NCBI RefSeq assembly: GCF_044373315.1
Contig: NZ_JBILQK010000001.1
Coordinates: 39,639-103,638 of the forward strand
From: Roseateles sp.
GTDB taxonomy: Bacteria > Pseudomonadota > Gammaproteobacteria > Burkholderiales > Burkholderiaceae_C
Direction of reading: 5' to 3'
DNA: 64,000 nt
Below, in pieces: positions 10,829 to 18,048 of this stretch. A program made the translations under genes and the position numbers. The notes under the pieces are model-generated. The model saw only the letters and a list, made by a program, of their open reading frames with translations, was not told the origin of the DNA and ran no database searches. Numbering within the stretch: the stretch's first letter is position 1; each line of letters opens with the position of its first letter.

Positions 10829-12433
10829 TCAGTGGCCCAGGCAGCGCGCCAGCGCTGCCCGGACGGCGTTTTCATCAAAGCGGCGCCAGCGCGCTGCCAC
10901 GTACTGGTCCGGACGGATCAGGTAAACCGTGCCGGGCTGGGCGTCATAGCGCTCTGAAAGAACACCCTCGGCATCGAGCAGATCGCGGCCCACTTCCAGC
11001 AACTCAGCACTAATGCCGCCCAGCGCCACAGGCCGCGCGCCAGGGCCGAAGGCCAGCAGCGTGAAGCCACGGCCCAGCTGGTTCAACAGCCAGGCGTCCG
11101 CGCCGGCGATCTGCACTGGCGCATCGGCGCAGGGCGTGCCCGGCAGCATCCGGCCAATGAAGGCGTCTGCATCCAGCGTGTTCAGCGAGCAGCCCAGATA
11201 GTGCGTCGGCGTGGACAGCCGGCCGCTGTTGACCAGCGGACGCGCGAAGGCTTCGCTGCGCGCAAGCTCCAGCACCGCATTGCGCAGGCGCAGCGAGCTG
11301 CGGCTCTTGGGCGTGATGAAGTCGGTGGATCGGGTGGAGTTGCGCAGGTTGTCGTCGGCGGCCAGCGCGCGTTCCTCGTGATAGGTGTCGAGCAGGCTCT
11401 CAGGCGCCTGGCCGGCCAGGACCGCCGCCAGTTTCCAGGCTAGGTTGTCCACATCCTGGACGCCGCTGTTGGCGCCACGCGCGCCGAAAGGCGAGACCTG
11501 GTGCGCCGCGTCGCCCGCAAAGATCACACGGCCGTGGCGGAACTTGTCGATGCGTCGGCAGGCGAACTGGTAGACCGAGACCCATTCGAGTTCAAACTCC
11601 ACGTCCTGGCCCAGCATGGCCTGGATGCGCGGGATAACGCGCTCGGGCTTCTTCTCTTCGACCGGATCGGCTTCCCATCCGAGCTGGAAGTCGATGCGCC
11701 AGACGTTGTCGCACTGCTTGTGCAGCAGCACCGACTGGCCTGGGTGGAAGGGCGGATCGAACCAGAACCAACGTTCTGTTGGAAACTCTGCCTTCATCAC
11801 CACGTCGGCGATCAGGAACCGGTCCTGAAAGGCCTGGCCGGTGAACTCCGCCCCGACCATCTTGCGCGTGTCGCTGCTGGCGCCGTCGCAGGCGATCACC
11901 CAAGCGGCCTGCATGCTGAAGCGGCCATCGGGCGTCTCCACCTGCAGTTGCACGCCATCGGCGCCCTGCTCGAGGGCCAGCAGCTTGTGCTTCCAGCGCA
12001 GTTCGATCAACGGCTGCGCCATGCAGGCCTCGACCAGGTGCTCCTCCAAGTAGTACTGCTGCAGATTGATCATCGCCGGCAGCTTGTGCTGGGCCTCGGG
12101 CAGCAGGTCGAACTGGTAGGCCAGGCTATCGCGGTGGAAGACCTTACCGACCTGCCAGCGGATGCCTTGCTCCACCAGCGGCGCAGCCACGCCCAGACGG
12201 TCCCAGAACTCCAACGCGCGCTTGGCGTAGCAGACGGCTCGCGAGCCAATCGACACACTGTTGTTGTCGTCGAGCAGCACCGTCCTGATCCCACGCGAGG
12301 CGCAGTCCAGCGCCATGCTCAGGCCAACCGGCCCGCCGCCGATGATCACGACCGGGTGGTGCTGTGCCTGGCCACTGAGCTGCTCCGCGCTCCGGTGGTA
12401 CTCGAACTCGGGGTAGGTGTAGGTGTGCATCAT
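10829..12433 (-). CDS. FAD-dependent aromatic-ring monooxygenase (MhpA/PheA-like class A flavoprotein hydroxylase)
   Basis: VVIIGGGPVGLSMALD (GxGxxG), the FAGDAAHQVSPFGARGANSGVQD fingerprint, and a thioredoxin-like C-terminal extension. The start was chosen at MMHTYTYPEF, 20 nt after the VOC gene stop. Confidence 0.85.
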   Translation of the reverse strand: MMHTYTYPEFEYHRSAEQLSGQAQHHPVVIIGGGPVGLSMALDCASRGIRTVLLDDNNSVSIGSRAVCYAKRALEFWDRLGVAAPLVEQGIRWQVGKVFHRDSLAYQFDLLPEAQHKLPAMINLQQYYLEEHLVEACMAQPLIELRWKHKLLALEQGADGVQLQVETPDGRFSMQAAWVIACDGASSDTRKMVGAEFTGQAFQDRFLIADVVMKAEFPTERWFWFDPPFHPGQSVLLHKQCDNVWRIDFQLGWEADPVEEKKPERVIPRIQAMLGQDVEFELEWVSVYQFACRRIDKFRHGRVIFAGDAAHQVSPFGARGANSGVQDVDNLAWKLAAVLAGQAPESLLDTYHEERALAADDNLRNSTRSTDFITPKSRSSLRLRNAVLELARSEAFARPLVNSGRLSTPTHYLGCSLNTLDADAFIGRMLPGTPCADAPVQIAGADAWLLNQLGRGFTLLAFGPGARPVALGGISAELLEVGRDLLDAEGVLSERYDAQPGTVYLIRPDQYVAARWRRFDENAVRAALARCLGH

Positions 12434-12453
12434 TGCGATGTGCCCCGCCCTGC

Positions 12454-13002
12454 TCAGTCCTCGGCGCCGGTGAACTCTTTTTCGTGCATCCAGGCGGCAT
12501 GCTTGGGCGCACGTTTGGTGCGGTTCCACTCCTCCAGCATCTCCCACTTGCAGGCGTCGAGCTTGGCGTACATCTCAGGCGTGCCCACATCAGCGGCCAA
12601 TTCCAGACGATGGCCGTTAGGGTCGAAGAAATAGATGCTCTTGAAGATGGTGTGATCGGTCACGCCCACCACCTCGATGCCGTCGGCCTGCAGGCGCGCC
12701 TTGGTCTCTTCCAGCGTCTTCACGCTGTCGACCTTGAAGGCAATGTGCTGCACCCAGTTCGGCGTGGCCTCGTCGCGCCCCATGGCCGGCGAATTGGGCA
12801 GCTCGAAGAAAGCCAGCACATTGCCATTACCGGCATCCATGAACAGATGCATATAGGGGTCAGGCGCCTGCGTGGACGGCACCTTGTCCTCCGCAATGGC
12901 GAGGACGAAGTCCATGCCCAGATGCTTGCGGTACCACTCGACCGTGGTCTTGGCATCGATACAGCGGTAGGCGACGTGATGGATGCGCTCGATCTTCAAC
13001 AT
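12454..13002 (-). CDS. VOC (glyoxalase/extradiol dioxygenase fold) family protein
   Basis: 182 aa. Putative metal ligands sit in IHHVAYRC, QHIAFKV and HRLELA, spaced as in two-module VOC proteins. Confidence 0.8.
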   Translation of the reverse strand: MLKIERIHHVAYRCIDAKTTVEWYRKHLGMDFVLAIAEDKVPSTQAPDPYMHLFMDAGNGNVLAFFELPNSPAMGRDEATPNWVQHIAFKVDSVKTLEETKARLQADGIEVVGVTDHTIFKSIYFFDPNGHRLELAADVGTPEMYAKLDACKWEMLEEWNRTKRAPKHAAWMHEKEFTGAED

Positions 13003-13055
13003 GATGACTGGTCTCCGTGTTTGCTAACTGATGGGGTGCTTCTGCTGCGTCCGGC

Positions 13056-14027
13056 TCAGACGTCTTCCAGCGCACGCCACATCGCGACATCGCGCTCGGC
13101 GGTCCAAATGCGCGGGTCGGGAAATTGCGTCGCTTCGTCGTAGGCACGTGTCACGTCGAAGGGCATGCAGTGGGCAAAGATCACCCACTTGCCGTACTTC
13201 TTCTCCAATTCGGCAAAGGTGGCCTTGTAGACAGCTTTCAGGTCTTCACCCTTGGCCACGCCGGCCTTCACATGGGCGAAGAGTTCACTGACAAAGGCGC
13301 GCGTGCCGGCCAAGCCCGCCGCTACATCCGCGGGCGTCTGCAGCGCCTTGCCTCGCCCGGGCACCAGCTTGGCGGGCTGCAAGGCAGCGATGTTGTCCAG
13401 CGTCTGCGGCCAGTCCTGGAAGTAGGCATCGCCGGCATAGGGCGTGGCGTCGAACTCGACCAGATCGCCGGAGAACAGCACCCGGTCCTTGGGCAACCAG
13501 ACCACCGTGTCACCCTTGGTGTGACCGCGCCCGAGCTGCAGAATCTGCACTTCCAGCGACCCCATCCACAAGGTCATCTTGCGGTTGAAGGTGATGGTGG
13601 GCCAGGTCATGCCGGCCGGCACGGTTTCGACGTTGCGGAACAGGCGCGGGAAGCGGCCGATCTCGCTGGCCTTGTCCTGCTCGCCGCGCTCGACGATCAG
13701 GTCATAAGTGTCCTGACTGGCGATGATTTGCTCGCAGCCCTCGGCCTTATAGGCCGAGGCACCCAGGACGCGCACCGCGTGGTAATGCGAGAGCAGCACG
13801 TATTTGATCGGCTTGTCGGTCACCTCGCGGATGCGGCGGATCACGTCCTGCGCCATCAGCGGCGTGGCCTGCGTATCAATCACCATCACCGCGTCATCGC
13901 CGATCACGATGCCCGTGTTGGGGTCACCCTCAGCCGTGTAGGCGTAGGCATGCTCGGACAGCTTGTCGAAGCTGACCTGCTTCTCCTCCAGGTCAGCCTG
14001 GGACGCAAAGGTCTTAGCAGTGCTCAT
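13056..14027 (-). CDS. MBL-fold metallo-hydrolase-like protein with a degenerate HxHxDH motif
   Basis: LLSHYHAVRVLG sits where HxHxDH is expected (the Asp-His pair is replaced by Val-Arg). GHTKGDTVVWLP and LFSGDLV are conserved. Confidence 0.8.
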   Translation of the reverse strand: MSTAKTFASQADLEEKQVSFDKLSEHAYAYTAEGDPNTGIVIGDDAVMVIDTQATPLMAQDVIRRIREVTDKPIKYVLLSHYHAVRVLGASAYKAEGCEQIIASQDTYDLIVERGEQDKASEIGRFPRLFRNVETVPAGMTWPTITFNRKMTLWMGSLEVQILQLGRGHTKGDTVVWLPKDRVLFSGDLVEFDATPYAGDAYFQDWPQTLDNIAALQPAKLVPGRGKALQTPADVAAGLAGTRAFVSELFAHVKAGVAKGEDLKAVYKATFAELEKKYGKWVIFAHCMPFDVTRAYDEATQFPDPRIWTAERDVAMWRALEDV

Positions 14028-14060
14028 GGCGCTTTGTCTCGCATTCGATGTTTAACAATG

Positions 14061-14134
14061 GCGAATTGATTCGCCCATGAGGAATTCAGGGCTTGATCTT
14101 AATCAGTTGATTTGTTAATGTCTAATCAATTAGA
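14061..14134. promoter_or_regulatory. AT-rich divergent promoter region with three short dyads (candidate IclR operators)
   Basis: GCGAAT-tg-ATTCGC (14061-14074), AATCA-gt-TGATT (14101-14112) and TCTAAT-ca-ATTAGA (14121-14134), all within a 120-nt AT-rich gap between the MBL gene and the IclR gene. Confidence 0.35.
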
Positions 14135-14148
14135 TCAATAGAAACCCT

Positions 14149-14946
14149 ATGTTCACTGAAAGCCCCGACACCAGCAACACGGACCGCAGCCCGCGCGGCA
14201 TCCAAAGCGTCGAGGTGGGCGGGCAACTGCTGATCGCGCTCGCACAGCATGGTCGGCCTTTGCCGCTGAAGGAGTTGGCCACCGCAGCCGGCATGCCCGC
14301 TGCCAAGGCTCACCCCTATCTGGTCAGCTTCATCAAGCTGGGACTGGTGGAACAGGAAAGCGGCGGCGGCCACTACGGCCTGGGTCCGCTGGCGCTGCAA
14401 CTCGGGCTGATCAGCCTTCAGCAGTACGACCCGGTGCGACTGGCGACGCCGCGAATCGAGGAGTTGGCGCTGCTACTCGGGCACACCGTTGCCATTGCGG
14501 TGTGGGGCAATCGCGGGCCGACCATCGTGCGCGTGGCCGAGGCACCCTCCCCCGTGCACATCAGCATGAGGCATGGCGTGGTGATGAGCTTGCGAGGCAC
14601 AGCCTCAGGCCGACTCTTTGCGGCGCATCGACCGCGCCCTGAGTTGTTGGCAGCGCTGCAAGCAGAAGCAGCGCTCGATGGCGGGGATGCGCGCGTCGGC
14701 GCGGATTTTGAAAAGCTGCTGACACAAGCCCGGCAGCAAGGCCTCGCCAGTTCCCGTGATGGCGTCGTGCAAGGTGTCAGCGCCCTGGCAGCGCCAGTCT
14801 TCGATGAGCAGGGCCGCATGGTGCTGAGCCTGACTGCGATCGGCCCGAGCGGCAGCTTCGATGCCAGCCTCAACGGCAGCGCAGCACTGAACTTGAAGCG
14901 ATCGGGCTTGGACCTGTCACGCCAGCTTGGCTGGCGTGAGCGCTGA
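14149..14946 (+). CDS. IclR-family transcriptional regulator
   Basis: N-terminal wHTH (IQSVEVGGQLLIALAQHGRPLPLKELATAAGMPAAKAHPYLVSF) plus a C-terminal IclR effector domain. It is divergent from the catabolic operon. Confidence 0.85.
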   Translation: MFTESPDTSNTDRSPRGIQSVEVGGQLLIALAQHGRPLPLKELATAAGMPAAKAHPYLVSFIKLGLVEQESGGGHYGLGPLALQLGLISLQQYDPVRLATPRIEELALLLGHTVAIAVWGNRGPTIVRVAEAPSPVHISMRHGVVMSLRGTASGRLFAAHRPRPELLAALQAEAALDGGDARVGADFEKLLTQARQQGLASSRDGVVQGVSALAAPVFDEQGRMVLSLTAIGPSGSFDASLNGSAALNLKRSGLDLSRQLGWRER

Positions 14947-14960
14947 AGCGCAGAGGCGAT

Positions 14961-15692
14961 TCAGGCCGCTTGACGAGCCTGAGATTCCAGCTGGCAGAAG
15001 AGCCGGTCAAGCAGGCCGGCCTGTTCCTCGGGCCCGAAGAAATGCGGGTAGAGGGAGCGCGTCAGCCCGGCATTGCGCGCACCGCCGAGGCTGTCGATCT
15101 GCTGCTGCGCGTAGGCCAGATCCAGACACATCAACACCGCAGGTGCTTGCACACGCGGGTTCAGGCGCTCTTCGCTAGCGACCGTGAAACCCAGCATGCG
15201 CCGGTAATAGGCCACGTGGCGCGGGTTGACCTCGATCACCAGCAACTCGACCTCGTTGACCTGATGGGCATAGAGGTGGGCCGCATGAAACAGGCCAGCC
15301 AGCACGTTCACCGAGGTGATACCGTGCTCAAGGGCCAGTTGGGTGAATTCGCACAGGCGCAGCCCCTGGGCACGCAGCACCCGCATCTCTTCGGGGAAGG
15401 CCTCATCCGCTTTCAGGCCTTGCGCCGAGTCCAGGCGCACGCCCAAGGTACCCAGCGTACCGGCCGCTCCGCTAGCACTCAAGGTCAGCAACTGCGGCTC
15501 GGTCGCTGAGGACCAAGGCATCCGCAGGTAGCCACGTTGCGCGTACCGCTGGATCACCAGACGCTGTGCCATCTCGCTCAAGGAGCCCGAGCGGGTGGCA
15601 TGGATGGTGAAGCCGCCGTCCGCAGAAGAAGCCAGCGCGCTCAGGGGCAACGCAGTGGTCTGCGGCACTTGATGAAGGCTGTTGCTATGCAC
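14961..15692 (-). CDS. FeeM-like long-chain N-acyl amino acid synthase / autoinducer-synthase-fold acyltransferase (candidate)
   Basis: 243 aa. LVIQRYAQRGY, LLTLSASGAAGTLGTLGVRLDSAQGLKADEAFPEEMRVLRAQGLRLCEFTQLAL and VIEVNPRHVAYYRRMLGF match my recollection of the NAS (FeeM) family pattern. The gene has more A/T-ending codons than its neighbours. Confidence 0.6.
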   Translation of the reverse strand: MHSNSLHQVPQTTALPLSALASSADGGFTIHATRSGSLSEMAQRLVIQRYAQRGYLRMPWSSATEPQLLTLSASGAAGTLGTLGVRLDSAQGLKADEAFPEEMRVLRAQGLRLCEFTQLALEHGITSVNVLAGLFHAAHLYAHQVNEVELLVIEVNPRHVAYYRRMLGFTVASEERLNPRVQAPAVLMCLDLAYAQQQIDSLGGARNAGLTRSLYPHFFGPEEQAGLLDRLFCQLESQARQAA

Positions 15693-15859
15693 GGAAAGCC
15701 CGATCTATGAATTCGTTGGCGCGAGTCTAGCCTGCTATATCGACAGATTCGTGGCCAAACTGTAACGACTTGCGCTTACACAGTTCCCGTCGGGCCACAA
15801 GCCCCACACCTGGGGAAACCCCCATGCCTGCGGGGTACACCCGTCCACAGCCCTCAGGA

Positions 15860-17248
15860 TCACGTCTGCGCCGATGCCTGCAGGTCGCCAAGCTCGACAC
15901 GCGCCTGCAACAAGGCCTGCGCCACACGCCCATCTGCATGCCGCGCAGCAAGGTGCGGGTCGAACACGGCCTCAAGACTTGCGAGTGGCATCGCTGCAGC
16001 CAGCACGGCATCTCCTTGGAGCAACTCGCGGGCCAGTTGCCTCAGTGGCCGGCCCTGCTGCCTTACCTGCAGACACATTTGCTCGACACAAGCCTGGGCC
16101 GGCAAACGCCCCATCGAAGCGGCCAGCAAAAGCACCAGCCCTTCTGCGCAGACCAGATCCAGTTGACGATCGATGTTCTGAAGCATGCGGGCGGGATTGA
16201 CGCGCAACGGCAAGGCCAGCGACAAGGCCTGCAGGCCGCTGTGGCAGCACTGCAGCAGGCCGGAAAACTCCGCCTGTTCGGCTTGCCACCCCCCCAGCCC
16301 CCGCTCATGCTCCTGATTCATGCACGCCAGCAGGGCCGCCACACGAACCGGTGCCCGCTTGGCGGCAGCTAGAGCCAGCAGGCAGGCCACCGGATTGTCC
16401 TTGCTCGCGTAGCCGCAAAGCCCGCTGCGCCCAGGCGCCAGGGGCTCGTTGATTTCGCCAACTTCGGCCTGACTCAGCAAGGCCAGGTCACCCGCATACT
16501 TGCCGAGCACGCCACACAGCAGTCCGAGCTCGGCACCCAGGCGCACCCAACGGTCGCGCTGGGACTGCCAAGGCACAGCCGGCAACTGCAAGCCCAGTTC
16601 ACGTGCCAGTTCAGCACCTACCGCATCTGCTTTCGCACCCAACGCAGCCTGCGTGCCGACCAAGCCGCCGAATTGCAGCAGAACGGCCTCGGCGGCCTGT
16701 TGACGCAGGCTTCGCGCACAGCGCAGCAACGGCGCCAACCAGCCCATGGCCTTAAAGCGCAGGCTGGTGACCTGGGCGGGCTGCATCAGCGTCCGCGCCA
16801 GCATCGGCATGGCCGGTGCGCCCTCGGCCAAACTCAGCAAACCCTCGCACAGGCGCAACAGGTCAGCGTCGATCAGGCGCAAGGCGCGCTGCGTCTGCAA
16901 GGCCAAGGCGGAGTCCAGCACATCCTGCCCGGTCGAACCCCAATGCACATAGCCGGCCGCCACGGAATCGAACAAGGCGACTGTCTCGGTCAGCTTGTCG
17001 ATGACCGGCAGCGCCAGGCTGCCAGCACGAGCGCTGGCGCCGACCAAAGCACTGACGTCATAGAGCTCGGCACGACAGAGGCTGCTGATGGCCTGTGCTG
17101 CGGCAGGCGGGATCAGACCCACCCTCGCCTGAGCGCGTGCCAGAGCCCCCTCGAAGTCCATCATGGCCTGAACCATGGCCTGCTCGTCGAGCAGGCAGGC
17201 CATCTCGGACGTGGACAGGAAGCCCTCGAACACTGGCTGTGCCATCAA
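15860..17248 (-). CDS. Fumarate-lyase superfamily protein, 3-carboxy-cis,cis-muconate cycloisomerase (PcaB)-like, with a degenerate signature loop
   Basis: VHWGSTGQDVLDS, LQFGGLVGTQAALG, PWQSQRDR and QEHERGLGGW are colinear with PcaB. However, the conserved GSSxMPxKxNP loop reads SGLCGYASKDNP, and TWLQHA reads TLMQPA. Confidence 0.75.
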   Translation of the reverse strand: MMAQPVFEGFLSTSEMACLLDEQAMVQAMMDFEGALARAQARVGLIPPAAAQAISSLCRAELYDVSALVGASARAGSLALPVIDKLTETVALFDSVAAGYVHWGSTGQDVLDSALALQTQRALRLIDADLLRLCEGLLSLAEGAPAMPMLARTLMQPAQVTSLRFKAMGWLAPLLRCARSLRQQAAEAVLLQFGGLVGTQAALGAKADAVGAELARELGLQLPAVPWQSQRDRWVRLGAELGLLCGVLGKYAGDLALLSQAEVGEINEPLAPGRSGLCGYASKDNPVACLLALAAAKRAPVRVAALLACMNQEHERGLGGWQAEQAEFSGLLQCCHSGLQALSLALPLRVNPARMLQNIDRQLDLVCAEGLVLLLAASMGRLPAQACVEQMCLQVRQQGRPLRQLARELLQGDAVLAAAMPLASLEAVFDPHLAARHADGRVAQALLQARVELGDLQASAQT

Positions 17249-17310
17249 GGCCTTCCTTCATAAGAAAGTTGGCCACCCGCGTACTGCGGGCGGCCCTGTC
17301 GCATGCGCGC

Positions 17311-18048
17311 TCAGGCGGCGCGGTGCAGTTGCGCCAAACGCCCCATATTGCCCATCGAGACGCGGTGCATTTCCAGCAAGGCCAAGAGGCCGCTGCGATG
17401 CAGCTGCACCACCTGATCATCGGGCAGCTCGGCGAGCTTCTGTTCGTTGACGGCCAGGAAGCCATCCACATCGATCTTCTCGCCATCCGGCAAGGTGGCT
17501 TCGAAGCGCATGTCCTGCAGCAGATCCAGCGCCGCCAACTGCTCGCAGACCGAACGGGTGCGCTCGGCCTCGCGCTCAAAGTTTTCCAGGAAGGTCTTGG
17601 CGTTCATGATGAACTCGCTGGGCTGGCCGTCGGCCTCGAACAGCGGTGTGCCCTCGCTGGTCGAGAAGCCACGCCAGTCAGCATCGAAGCAGACTGCAAT
17701 CTCGTTCTCGCTGATGCGTGCCATCGCGAAGGGAAAACGACGCAGATACGCAGGCATGTAGTTGCCGGTCCACTGGCCGTCCTTGACGAACAGGTTGCTG
17801 CCAGGCTTCAGGCCCAGAACAGCCAGCGGCGCGATCGCCTGCGGCGTACCGTCGGCCGGCTCATCGCCGACACGCACAAACACCAGCGGAAACTCCTTGC
17901 AGGCGTCGGCGAACTCAACCGCCGTCAGGAACAGCGAGTTCAAGTTCTCGACCCGTTCCAGGGTCGACAGCTCTGTCTTCAAGCGCAGGTGCTTGTGCTG
18001 TTCTCGGTCCAGCGGCACCAGATTGCCGTACAGCGGGGGATTGCTCAT
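17311..18048 (-). CDS. SapC-family protein
   Basis: The N-terminus LYGNLVPLDREQHKHLRLK and FPLVFVRVGD are characteristic of SapC. The start overlaps the upstream gene stop by 4 nt. Confidence 0.7.
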   Translation of the reverse strand: MSNPPLYGNLVPLDREQHKHLRLKTELSTLERVENLNSLFLTAVEFADACKEFPLVFVRVGDEPADGTPQAIAPLAVLGLKPGSNLFVKDGQWTGNYMPAYLRRFPFAMARISENEIAVCFDADWRGFSTSEGTPLFEADGQPSEFIMNAKTFLENFEREAERTRSVCEQLAALDLLQDMRFEATLPDGEKIDVDGFLAVNEQKLAELPDDQVVQLHRSGLLALLEMHRVSMGNMGRLAQLHRAA

